DNA from: Eutreptiella sp. 'Long Island Sound 2002'
Taxonomy: Eukaryota; Protista; Euglenida
NCBI GenBank assembly: GCA_964036045.1
Contig: OZ038378.1
Span: forward strand, 175,460,001 to 175,524,000
Length of the DNA: 64,000 bases
Direction: 5' to 3'
Below the pieces are notes generated by a model, which was given only the letters and a program-made list of their open reading frames with translations, was not told the DNA's origin and ran no database searches. Position numbers and translations under genes: made by a program. Below are positions 36,120 to 47,856 of this stretch, one piece after another (position 1 is the first letter of the stretch; each line of letters opens with the position of its first letter).

Positions 36120-39038
36120 TGCTTCAGAAATGCTTTCCCCACGATGTCTCATGAGATGGTGTCGGCAGCTCTGGGTCTGATGTGCATACCATTCTTGTAT
36201 ATCCGCCTGATTCTACACCTCTTGCGTGCACCGTATCTATACTCCGTTGGAAAAGGATACGTCCCAGGTGTTTACCATTATCCGAGGGCAGGCACACGCC
36301 AGGGGGATCCACTCTCCCCGGCGCTGTTCTCCCTGGTGGCATCCTTCGTGATTTTCCCACTACAAGACCTGGGTCCAGCACTGACTGTCATGATGTATGC
36401 AGATGACCTCATCATTTTCTTTGATGGAAGAGCCAACCCACAGCTGTTGAAAAGGGTATGGGAAGTGGTTTCACGTTTTGGACAATTTTCGGGGTTGAAG
36501 ATCAACCTGAACAAAACGGCAGCGATAGTTCGCAACTGTGGGGGAATGGAGTGGGCGAGATGCTTTCGGGACATTGGAGTGGACGTCAAAAACTTCGTCA
36601 AGTATCTGGGTGTGCGCTTGGGGAATATTCGGCACCAACAAGACGACCAAGGATGGGGGCTGACGATAGAGCAGGCCTTCGCACCAGCACTGCAAGAGGC
36701 CTTTCGTCGCGCCAAGGTGGTATCCACGCTGCAACTGTCCATGAACGAACGTGCATTCATGCTGACATCATGGATTCTACCGGTCGTGGCATGGGTATCC
36801 AAGGCATATTACGCCCCGGTCTCGGTGATCAGACAACTGAAGTTGGTGTATCACGTGTCTATGGGTACCAACAGCTGGGGAATCACTCTACCAATCCTAT
36901 CAAGACCAAGAACGCAAGGGGGACTGGCACTACCGGAACCAGAACTGTTTCTTATGCACCAGGCAGCGGCTCCGTTCGTCAGCCTGTTGGGAGAGCCTCA
37001 CAAATTCCCTGACAAGGCAGTGGAGACCTTCTATGCATGGGCAACAGCCATAGGGTTCACACCATCCAAGGACAACCTTCCATATATTCAACTGGGCATG
37101 GTCCGAACGGCAGATCTCACATTTTTGGGATGGTCGGCGAAGGCACACTCCAACATTCAGCGAGTGGCCCCGCAGGTGGCCCCCCCGACAAACCGGGACC
37201 GCCTGCCGTTGTGGCACTCGGTGTATTTCCGAAATGAGTTCCGCTGCTCCTACTACAACACGAAATTGATCCGGCAGGGGGTGCTGACGTGGGGTCAATT
37301 CCAAGCATTGGAGGACGCAAGACTGTTCAATGCACTGCCTCGGACATGGAAAGGGGTCTACAATCATGGCGGACGACTCCTCAACAAAGTCCCGTCAAAA
37401 GGGGGGTATGATACCCCTGCAGTCCACACCCAAAACTGGACCAGGGCATGGCTGCTTCAGTTTTACGCCTCTCAGCCAGGGGTCCGCGACCCGCAAACGC
37501 CGGAGGTATGGGAACAGTTTGCACGGGCACAGCTACCGCCGAGGGCTCAAGACTTTGCGCGCAAGGCATCGTGGCACAAACTGACCGTACATGCAAGAGT
37601 CTACAAGAGGTCAGGCACCGACAAGTGCCCGTTGTGCTCACAAAAGGAGACGGTTAAACATGCGATGGTCGAATGCCCCATGTTCAAAGCGGCAGCGGCG
37701 GTGATACAGCATTACTATGGCCAGGTGACAACTGAAAACGGGACATCCACAGTTTGAGATATGATGGAGTCCGACGACCAAGAATGGTTGCTGAAGACGA
37801 ACCAAGGCTGGGCGATGTGGTCAGCAAGAAGTGCCCATTGGCGATATCGATGCGAAGTCAAGGCAGGAGCGTCGCCAGTTTTCACGTCATACCTTACAAC
37901 ATGGCTCAGGGAGCTATGTGAGTGGGTGGGATTCTACACAGGGGAGCGCAGGGAACAATGGAAAGGTTTTCAAAAGTCACTGGAGCAACTTCGAGACACC
38001 GGGGTGCAGCCGCGACAAGGGGAAGTGCAAGTACATGGGGGACTGCATGCGTGGTGGCAAACACACACGGAGTGCTTCACCCAAGAAAAATCAGCCGACA
38101 ACCATAGTTGGCAAAGGGCAACAGAACCACGTCCGAAGCGCCCGAGGCAGGCAGGCCCGGGAGTGCTACAAGGAGTGCAAGATCTGATTGCAGAATTGGT
38201 GGAGAAGGGCTACAGGATAGTGTACACTGATGGGTCGTCGAAGAGACTGAGCCACAAGGACATGTGCAGGGCTGGGGGATTTGGCGTGTTCGCGGCGGAC
38301 GACCACCAAGGACCAGAGGTACGCTTCTGTGGCTACGTACCAACACATCACAGGCAAACAAACAACGGGGCAGAGCTTTGGGCAGCCGTGGAAGCCTTAC
38401 AGGGATTCTGGGTGCCAAAACTGGCAATTCTCACCGACTCGCAGTACCTGCAGTTGGGAGCGACTGGCAGGGCCCAACACTGGAAGTCAAAGGGATGGAC
38501 AACCTCATCTGGAAAACTGCAAGTCCACGTCCCAGTCTGGGAAATCCTGCTCTGGGAAATGGCAACGCCGGGACGAGAAGTCAGGTGGGAACATGTCCCA
38601 GCACATGTCAACGTGCAAGGAAATGAAATGGCGAATGGATTGGCCATGGAGGGCATGTGTTCCAGCCCACTATGGTCACAGCATGCTGCACCAACATCAT
38701 CATCGGGGTCAGACTCTACGGTAGGTTTGAGGGGAGGGTCGGGGTCAGAGTCAGAGGGCACAAGGGCACTCTGGTCTTCCTTGGGTATGGTACCCATGGA
38801 CAGTGATGAACTGACAGGGGAAGCATCCGGGGAGCCAGCGCCACGTGAGATGGGACCGTACTCCTCAAGCAGTACAGAAAGTGAGGAAATGAGGACAGGG
38901 CACACAAACCAGGGAGTGCTGTCGAGTGCACTGTCAGCAGCAGACACACTGTCCTTCAGCACTGATGTGAGTGACACCAGGCGACAGCGCAAGAAGCGAA
39001 GGCTCAGGAAGCGCAGGAACTTAGGACAGGGTCGATAA
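36120..39038 (+). mobile_element. 5'-truncated L1/Tx1-like non-LTR retrotransposon ORF2 (RT, Zn finger, RNase H) with one in-frame TGA at 37755
   Basis: RT motifs GTRQGDPLSPALF, YADD, KYLG; CPLCSQKETVKHAMVEC; RNase H YTDGS, TNNGAEL, TDS, HVPAHVNVQGNEMANGLA; ORFs 36087-37757 and 37761-39038 share a frame. Confidence 0.92.
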
Positions 39039-39254
39039 TGACGAAACCAGTAGCCCCTGCACAATGGTGCAGACACCTCGCACAGTCTGAAGCACCTGTG
39101 TTCTGACGCAGAGTTTGCAACACATGAGCTGCGTCTTGTCGCAGTAGAGCCTGCAACACGCGAGTCGTGTTCTGTCGCAGTGAGCAGCCACAAGCACAGG
39201 AGAACACCAAGCAGCTGAACGCCGCGTCCTGTCGCGGACAGGCACCCAGGCGTC

Positions 39255-39896
39255 ATGCCGTCTGGGAGGACGCAGCAGGAGAAGGGAACTCACCAGCAGC
39301 GGTATGGCCCGTACACACACATCCAGCCAACCCCAAAGAAGGTCAAGCCTCAGCAAGAACGCCAACGTTTCAAGGTGCAAGCACTGAGTCAGCTGGACGC
39401 CATTGCGAACGAAGGACTGCAAGCAGTTGAAGCAGAACTGACCAAAATGGCCTGGGCCCGCAATCAGCAGATCTGGATCCGACTGGACCAACCACATGAC
39501 ACCAGGATGCGTTGTGAGATTGTGGACAACCATGGGGAACCACTGCAGATGAGCAATCAGGAGCTCTACTCGGTGATGGTCCAGATCAACTGGACCCTGA
39601 AGACCCAGGCTTTGGCGAACATGCAGGTCCAGTGGCGACCCAAAAGTGCAGGCAAGTGGCACCCGTTCCAGTGGGAGGCGATCCTCCACTGTCCGACAGC
39701 AGAAGGGCATAGAGCTGTGCCCTCCTCGGTAAGCAGATCTGGCGATTGCATGCATGTGTGGCTGACAGGCCGAGCGGACCTCTTGCGACTGTTCCAAAGA
39801 ACGCTCTTCAGGCAGGCGGACCCGGTACCCGGGGACGCTGTGCGGTTCCTTTACACACTGCTGAACACACCCCCATGCGAAAGAAGATATGCATGA
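39255..39896 (+). CDS. 213-aa ORF of unknown function just downstream of the LINE
   Basis: Protein-like composition, no recognisable motif; probably derived from a mobile element. Confidence 0.3.
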   Translation: MPSGRTQQEKGTHQQRYGPYTHIQPTPKKVKPQQERQRFKVQALSQLDAIANEGLQAVEAELTKMAWARNQQIWIRLDQPHDTRMRCEIVDNHGEPLQMSNQELYSVMVQINWTLKTQALANMQVQWRPKSAGKWHPFQWEAILHCPTAEGHRAVPSSVSRSGDCMHVWLTGRADLLRLFQRTLFRQADPVPGDAVRFLYTLLNTPPCERRYA

Positions 39897-39972
39897 CAGG
39901 GGGTGACAACAAGGAGAAGAAGAGTGGAGCGCATGGTGCCATGGTGCCATGGTGCCATGGTGCAAATAACCC

Positions 39973-40045
39973 ATCGTCGTGGCCCAGTGGATACACCGCA
40001 CCTCTTCTGTCCCGTGGAGGATGGTTCGAACCCCGGGGGGGATAG
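39973..40045 (+). pseudogene. tRNA-derived sequence (SINE-head-like)
   Basis: A-box TGGCCCAGTGG at 39980 and B-box GGTTCGAACCC at 40023; no convincing cloverleaf. Confidence 0.55.
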
Positions 40046-41730
40046 AGATGCACCAAGCAACCCGAACCCCCTTTTTTTTTGGGGTGCGGGAGAGAGGGAA
40101 AGAGACACAAAGTTAGAGAGAGAGAGGGTAGAGCACGGTGAGAAAGGAACAGAGAGGCGCAACAGTAGAGGATGAGCAGGGGAGAGCACGAGAGAATGGG
40201 AGGGAGAGAGTAGGAGAGAGACCCACAGAGCGAGAGACCGGGGCTAACCGGCGCAAAGGGAGGTGGTGGGTACGAGCTGACCAGGGTTCGGGCTGAGCAG
40301 AGTGGGCTCGAGCAGAGCGAGGTGAAAGGGACGCCACGGAGACACGGAACAGTCAAGAAATGAAAAAGCAGGGCGCCGTAGCGCCCCTGAGCCACAGGCA
40401 CAACATGTTGTCACGTGTTGCACAGCCAAAGCACGACTGGGGCGGCGAGAGTGCGGCCCATGTGAGGAAGACGAAAGCAAGTAGGCATGAATGTGTGGGC
40501 GGCATGCGCATGCAGCGTGGGGAGCAGACGTGGTATGCGCCACACGCATAACAGCAATGATTTGTTGAGTTGCCTGACAAACGGAGCGCATGCTGAAATT
40601 CTGAGACGCCATTGCGCCAACCAAGGCGCCATTGCGCCCCTAAGGATGGAGTATGACACGACCTCACGACCTGCAAGGCAAGGGTTAGAGACTAACCGGC
40701 ACTGTGGGTGGGTGGTGGGTGCGAGCTGACCTCGATGTCCAGAGGAACAGTGCCAATGCACAGCCAGCAGCCACCTGGTGTGGTACAGAACTGGTCTACG
40801 CTGCAGTGCAGCAAGCAAAACACTGAGCAATGTGGTTATGACCATGCGCCTGTGACACGGGGGCGTATGCGAGCCCAGTTTCCGTTGCCTCATGGCCCCA
40901 TGGCTGCATGTACGATATCAGGGGTGCGCTTCCCAGACCCTCTTGCCTGCACTGCATACATGGGAATGCAACACATTCAGGTCCCTTTGGGAAGCTCTCA
41001 TCGCATACCATCGCTAAAGCTGCAGTCTTTTGGCCTTTAGAGGTTTTGGAAGAGGCTTGGGATCCCCATGTGGTACTCTAGTCCAGCGGCCATTGCTAGT
41101 GGCAAGTCGTCACCCTCCCTGCCCCTGCTGTCCTGCATTTCCCTGCACCTTTTTTGGCATTTTTTTTTGCATATCTTGCACACTTTTGAATTTCTGGTTT
41201 TCTTTCCCGCTTCCCCCTTCCCCCCTCTAGTGCAGAACACCCACAGGGAAATCAATCATTGCTGAGCGTTTTAAAGGGGTGTAGGAGGGTTGTGGGTTGA
41301 TGAGAGATGCATAGCAGCCTGGAGGTTTGAGGTAAGATCCGATGACAAGGATGTGAGCACATTGTGGTGGATGTGAGAGTTATTGCTTTTGCTGCTGATA
41401 GTGGCATCTGTGTTTTGGAGAGCAACCATTTTCTGCACAAATGCGTACAGGGTCGGGGACGCCCATAAGTCTACATTCAGCTTGGAGCCTCAGGCAAAAT
41501 GCATGCTTGTAAGGCGTAAGTGCAGGAGCATGAGATCCCTGATTGCCATTTCCCCTGACCTGGCTTTGCTTGTATAAGTGTAAGCGGAGCTAGAAGGATG
41601 CACAGCCGTTTGGAGGGTAGATAGGGCTTTCTGAGTGCTTGTTTGCACTGATCCTTCTGTTGTAGTGTTGAGCTGGTGGCTGTGCCCTCTATTGGGGCAA
41701 ATGGGCAAGAGAGGTGGGGGTACCGTTCAG

Positions 41731-42672
41731 CACATTGATTCCCACAAGAACAGCGCCCAATTCAGTTACCCCTACGGCATCAAAAGATCGAAGCAAAAGG
41801 TTCCATCAGAGGCCCCAGAGAAACTGTACTGGAGCCTGGCGGGTTCTGCAGACAACAAGCTGAAGGAGGTGCTCCCGTACATTCACAATGTGGAGCAGTG
41901 GAAATTCAGCTTCAAGTATCTCACGAGCCCCGGTGCGCGGAACAAACTGCGCCGCATGATCCAAATCAACACAATAGACCGGTTGTTGCGAGGCAAGTAT
42001 TGGCTGGAGGACGGCAGAGTGGTTGCTGTCGACAAATCTGCGCTGCTGGAGTCCATCAAGGGCACGGTCATCCAAGATTTGAAGGGGGTGCACGATCGTG
42101 CACCCGCCGCAGACGACTCTGTGCCCTGTGGCGTGACAGTGCTCCATGGAGATGTCCTGCAGGCCGCCCACTGGCTGATGCTCACAGGCGGGGCCACTAG
42201 CCCGTGCATTCTGAATCCAGCCTCAATGACAAACCCTGGGGGCGGCTACAGACACGGAGCCGGTGCCTTGGAGGAGACCATGTGCCGGCGTACCAGCCTC
42301 TTCATGAGCCTCGAGGACCCATGGCACATGGACTCAAGCCGAGAGTGGACCTACCCCATCCCTGAGTTTGGTGGCATCTACTCTCCGCGGGTTCAGGTGG
42401 TGCGAGATACTGAGGCCCTGGGATATGCGTTCCTTCCTGCGCCGTTTGAGGTGGCCATAGTGTCTTCTGCGGCATATGCACAGCCTGCGGTAGACATTCT
42501 GCCTGATGGGACTGAGCGGCTGTCCAAGTCCCTTGCAGTGCACACCCGCAAAAAGATACACGGGATTTTCTCCATCGCACATCAGCAGGGACACGATGCG
42601 TTGGTCTTGCCGGCCTGGGGCTGCGGCGTATTTGGCAACCCTGCACAGCACATTGCAGCCCTCTTCGGCGAG
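41731..42672 (+). CDS. TIGR02452/DUF2263 microbial-type PARG-like macrodomain protein, major exon
   Basis: LNPASMTNPGGGYRHGAGALEETMCRRTSL, GIYSPRVQVVRD, LVLPAWGCGVFGNPAQHIAALF; donor GTCAGT at 42673; acceptor position tentative. Confidence 0.85.
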
Positions 42673-42938
42673 GTCAGTTTCTCTTTGCTCCCCCCCTTAC
42701 CGCCCTCCCAACCCACCATCCGTCCCTCCCAGAAGACACTTGGGCCCACCGACATGTTGAAGTCGTCTTGCATGAGGACCGTGGATGGCGACACTGTGCA
42801 TTCCAACATATCTTCATTGGTCATTTTCAAAGGGATAATCTCATGGCCTTGCTCCTCCATTGATCCCTGTTGGTGTGTAGAAGTCTAACTGAGCATAGAA
42901 ATGTACCCCCCCCCCCCCTTGTATAAGCTACGCCCTTG

Positions 42939-43528
42939 GAGGGCCGAACGGGCGTGAGTGAGGGCAGGACGAGAGAGACCACAGGGGAGGAGCATACCAG
43001 AAACACGCGTGGCTCCCTTGTCACCATTGGTGGCGAAGGCGGCGGACACGCAACCGGGGATCGGCCGACGTGGCCGATTTGAGCCTTGAAGGTCTGCACT
43101 AAGTGCAAACCGCAGCAGCAACCGCTGGGGCCAGCGGGGGGGGAGAGGCCTGGTGGTTGGAACGGCCGGTACACAGCACATCGGACAATAGCATATCGGA
43201 AACACGCTTGTCTCCCACGTCATCGGTCGTGGGTTCGAATCCCGGCGGGCAGGCCGCTGGGGGTTCGTCGTAGTGGACGACACGGGGGGGTGGTTTTTAC
43301 TTTTGGAGGTACAAGCCAGCTCAACCCAGTTCCTGCTGAGGGTAGGGAGGGAGACGTGACCTATCCTGACGAACTGTGGCGGCGCCTCCGGCGCCGTATC
43401 TGAGGATGAGCTGTGGCGCTTCGCTGGACAGATGGGACAATGTGTGTCGCGGCTCCGCCGCGTGATACTTGATGAGGGCATACGTCTGTCGGTGGGGACG
43501 TATTGCTGGACTTTCCACCGCTCTGCAG
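42939..43528 (+). mobile_element. SINE-like insert with a tRNA-Gly(CCC)-like segment and a LINE-homologous 3' tail
   Basis: TAGCATATCGG A-box (43189), CTCCCAC anticodon-loop-like motif, GGTTCGAATCCC B-box (43232); 3' about 150 bp homologous to 45215-45352; flanked by a 16-bp direct repeat. Confidence 0.75.
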
Positions 43529-43544
43529 ATAAGCTACGCCCTTG

Positions 43545-45352
43545 CCGGTGTGGCATAATGCGCTCCTGACGAACTCGCTACGCCTGACCTATCACTGCCC
43601 TGCCTTGCTGAAGCGCGGGGTAATGCGGTGGGGGGACCTAGTGGAGGACGGTGCTATCCCCCTAGTGTTGTGGGAGCTGCTGGCACCGACGTGGCAGCCG
43701 GTGTACTTACGCAGGGTGGGGGAAATCCTCGGTTCCAGCGACCAGTATCAGGGACCGGATTTGGGGAGGTGGGGACAGTTGTGGACGTCGAGGAAGATGT
43801 TGCTGTTCATGTTACACACGCGGCGGCATGCGCCGCGGCAGCCACCACCAGTGTGGCAGGCGTTTGGACGGCTCCACCTACCCAGGTGGGACAGAGATTT
43901 CATCCAGCGGTGCCTGTGGAAGAAATTGCCTGTGGGCACGCGCATGGAGCGCCTGGGGGGGAAGCTGTGCCCGTTGGACTGTCGGGTGGAGGACCATGAG
44001 CATGTTTTTCGAAACTGCTTTTTCAGCAATTTCATGTTTGACACAGTGCGGCGGGCCTTCGGGGTAGTACAGGGACCATCAGGGGTGGTGGAACCGAGCC
44101 GGCTGCTGCGTGATCACCCCCTCCTGTCGCTGACCACAACACAGGGTTTGCTCCTATGGGCGGGGCTCAAGGTACAGTGGAGCCTGTGCTGCCGGGCCAA
44201 GTACCAGAAGCAAATGCCAGTTTTGGACGAATTCATCGCTGGGTGGGCGGGGGTGTTGCGGCGCTGGCGCGCGGAAGTGAACATGTCCTGCTCCAGGCTG
44301 GATCTGTACACGTTTGTGGAAATTCTGGACGGATGGTTCAGTGATCCGGCAATGCCGGGTATTTTTAAGGGCCCGGCGCATAAGCCCACGACGGCACGCC
44401 CGCCGCGAACCTTGGATAAATTGGCGCTCAAAGAGGCGAAGTGGGGAAAATATAAAAATGAAAAAGTGCAGCAGCTGGCAGCCTTGGAGCAGGGGGGGTG
44501 GACAGTGGCATATACTGATGGGTCGGCAAAGACGGTGCGCGGTTGGGCACAGGCGGGTTTTGGGGTATGGTTTCACAGGGGGTCCCCTCGGAACCATTCA
44601 GCCCATGTGCCGATTAGCGAACGACAGTCGGTTAGCAGGGGGGAACTGCGGGGGGTACTGCACGCAGTACTGGCCAGGCGCCCTGGCGAGAGATTGGCGG
44701 TGGTCATGGACTCGGAGTACGTTTTTAAAGGAATTATGGAGTGGTCCCCAAAGTGGCGTCGGCATGGATGGCGCGCGTCATCAGGGGACGTGGGGCACAG
44801 GGACTTGTGGGAGACCATTCTCTGGGAGCGGGAGCGGGCGGGGGATGAGCTGCAGATTCACTGGATCCCATCGCACCTCGGGGTGCAGGGTAATGAAGAG
44901 GCGGATGCCCTGGCAGAAGCAGGGCGCCTGTCCCATCCGGACAATGGCAAGCCTGTGGCCAAGAGACCACGGGTGGAACCGATGTGGGAGAATTTGGGGC
45001 TGGAAGAGATGTCGTCAGAGGTTTCCAGCTCACAGAGATCAGAGTTCTCGTCTGCGACAGTGTTGGAGGCGGAGGACATGGAGAGTGCGTCTACCTCGAG
45101 TGAGGGATCGGAAGGGGGGGGCTCGTCGTCAGGCTTCAGCACGGATGTCAGCACTAACCCCAAGAGGCGCAGAGGCTGAAAGTGCACCTGCCCGAAGGGA
45201 GGGAGAGCAGCACTATCTGTGGCGGCGCCTCCGGCGCCGTATCTGTGAACGATCTGTGGCGGCGGCTTCGCCGCCGTATTGATGACACTGCACGTTTTGA
45301 GAGCGTGGGTCTGTCGGTGGGGACCTGTCGCTGGACTTTCCACCGCTCATGG
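43545..45352 (+). mobile_element. 5'-truncated L1/Tx1-like LINE (Zn finger, RNase H, 3' UTR)
   Basis: Uninterrupted ORF to 45179: CPLDCRVEDHEHVFRNC, YTDGS, SRGEL, MDS, WIPSHLGVQGNEEADALA; flanked by ATAAGCTACGCCCTTG. Confidence 0.92.
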
Positions 45353-46079
45353 ATAAGCTACGCCCTTGTCCAAGCTACAGTAGGCGTAGGGACCGTATTA
45401 ATTTGGGACCTAATTTTAATTCGGTACCAAACGTAGTGCAGCCGCATAAGGCATGGGTTTGGTGACGGATTTGCGAGTCACATAGAGTCATGGACACATT
45501 TGTTGTGAGTGTTTGCCATTTGAACCCAGATAGCTCTGATTTTTGGGATGTTTGTGCATTATATGCCCCTTTCTTGCACTGGCTCACCATGCAATCCTCT
45601 CTTTTTGAATCTGGGTGCCCGGTGTTGGTAGTTGTATGTGTTGCGCGCAAGCTACGCCCGTGTCCAAGCTACAGTAGGCGTAGGGACCGTATTAATTTGG
45701 GACTTTGGCGTAGCTTATACAAGGGGGGGGGGTAATCTTCTAGCAACTGTTGAAGATGCATTCACACCTTCGCATCCTGACACTTGTAGCTCTGCATCAA
45801 GAAACATGTTCTGACTGACAACAGCACTTCAATTGGTTGTATGAAGCCGGCAGGTAACCAAACATGGCTGCAGACCCAGATCCAACATAGGTGGATGGCA
45901 AGGAGCAAGGTTGGCTGAACCTGTGTAAACAGCTTGCTGACCAGGAGATGGGAGCAGTACTGTAACGGGACTGAGCACCTGGAGTTCGAGAACACATTTG
46001 CCCTGCTGTAGTCCTGCTCTGTGATTTGAATGTGTTGTTGGGGCCATCCCTCCCTCTCCCTCTCACATGCTCTCCGCAG

Positions 46080-46457
46080 GTGCTCAACAAGGACTTCCCT
46101 GGTGCATTCAAAAAGGTGCTTTTCGCAATTGTCGACCCCCAACTTCTCAGGCCCTTCGCCGAAACCTTCAGCACCGCGCCTTGCGTTCTCAGGGGGGGGA
46201 ATGGGCAATATGAACTCACGGATCGCAGTGCACTGCAGAACATGAATGATACGGACATGAGTCCCAACTGTGAAGGTTTGGAGATTGATGAGGTTGAGAG
46301 CAGCCAAGGAGGTGCACACGATGATTCCCCACCCAAAATGAACATCGCAGAGTCGTCGGGTGGAAAGGGGTCAAAGACCCCCGATGAGAAGGCCATGTTG
46401 GCCAACGCCATGGCTCGTTTGGCAGCGTTCGACCAAACCCCGTATGCGAGAGTCTAG
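46080..46457 (+). CDS. PARG-like gene, last exon
   Basis: CAG acceptor, in phase: VLNKDFPGAFKKVLFAIVD completes the macrodomain, then an acidic tail and TAG. Confidence 0.85.
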   Translation: MLNKDFPGAFKKVLFAIVDPQLLRPFAETFSTAPCVLRGGNGQYELTDRSALQNMNDTDMSPNCEGLEIDEVESSQGGAHDDSPPKMNIAESSGGKGSKTPDEKAMLANAMARLAAFDQTPYARV

Positions 46458-47856
46458 GCCTGACCACAAGGTCCCTCAATATTTCATTGATTGTTCAATG
46501 GATTACGTGTTTCGGTAAAATTTGAACACTCCTCTGGTCTTCCAAGCTCATCGAGCTGATTGAACCAAAGTGTTCAAAACAGACTGCATCGGTGCTTACC
46601 CTTCTGTTGGTGATCAGGGAGACCTCCAATGGCACATTCTGGTTGAATGCAAGGGTTTCAGTTGATGAATTCTGTCCCCCCAAATAGCAGCCTTCAACCC
46701 CCCCCCCCCCCCCCGCCCCAAATAGCTACCAGCACACCCTACGTCTTAGTGAAGCCCCCAATATCAGCCTTTATGGAACACCCTCCCAACTACCACCGTG
46801 CTTTTGCACCTGCGTGCCTGAAACCGGACCATTAGGTATATTTATGATGGATGCTTAGGATCACTGCCCAATTCATGGGAGGAGGGGCATTACATCTGCG
46901 GCTGGAACATGCATATGAATCATGTGGCATGCCATGTGCTGTCTTGCTGTTGTGTTGTGAACAGCTGACTCCAGAGCTGCTGTTTTGAACCTCAGAGACT
47001 TGAACCTATGGACTTGCGACCCGGGAAATAGGAATGTCAGCTCCCCTTTCATGAATACTACATTGGGAAGGGCACATGTTTGGGGGACATTTTGGGAAAA
47101 TAGGCCCTGGAAATTGATTTAACTGTCAGCCAAGCCAAAGACGAAATGTAAATACACAGCGTTTCTACGTTTGCATTTGAGAGCCACTGGATTTTGAGGG
47201 ACCGCCGCCCTGAATCAGACTTCATTGGTGTATATTTTGCAATTATCCTAACCCGCAATCTCATTTTGTGCCGCTACTCCAGTGATGAGCTAGTTGCAAC
47301 GAGATGCCTTGGGGGGCAGTGCAAACACAGTGCAAAGTTTTTCTACCCCTGGAAGTACTTGGATTCTGTTTCAAGCCTCATTGCATTGCTCCATATGGGG
47401 GCGGGTCACGCGCTGTGCGTACACACACACACGCTTCTCATACTGTCATAACATCATGCTTTGTGGCATTGGGGCCATTGTTCCGTAGCCTCATGGAGGA
47501 ACGGGGCATCGCTCTGCAGAAGGGGCACGTGAATGTTGGGTGACGGATTGCTGGAAAAATTGGGAAATGATGGTACTGCCCCAAAGCGATGCGCTGCGCT
47601 TTTGGGAATAAGCAAGAGCGGTTCAAGTCCATGGTGCCTGCACTATCTATCCTTGTTTGATGGATCATGGTTCTTGCAGTTCCAATCGGAACAAGATGTG
47701 GTGCAAGGTTGTTCAGGGTCTGTGGTGAAAAGTTTCAAAACTTAGTAAAAAACATTTTGTTGCTAAGTTTTTCCTCTACAAGTGCTTTTTTTTTTTTAGT
47801 AATTTACTTAGTCAACTTTTTTTTTCCCTTCTAGGTAAGTTACTTATTAAAAAAAA

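Larger units (their letters stand above)
42906..45732. mobile_element. MITE (about 400 bp once inserts are removed) carrying two retro-insertions
   Basis: TA at 42904-05 and 45733-34; TIR C13-TTGTATAAGCTACGCC / GGCGTAGCTTATACAA-G10; same family as 20957-21200. Confidence 0.85.

Noticed and set aside
37755-37757. Stop-codon readthrough or an alternative genetic code (TGA here, TAG at 62241)
   Set aside because: The two LINE copies have different stops at different positions, and host genes end normally in TAA and TAG. Point mutations in dead copies are the simpler explanation.
43183-43252. Functional tRNA genes (also 32335, 39973, 52649)
   Set aside because: A and B boxes are present, but the acceptor and anticodon stems do not pair.
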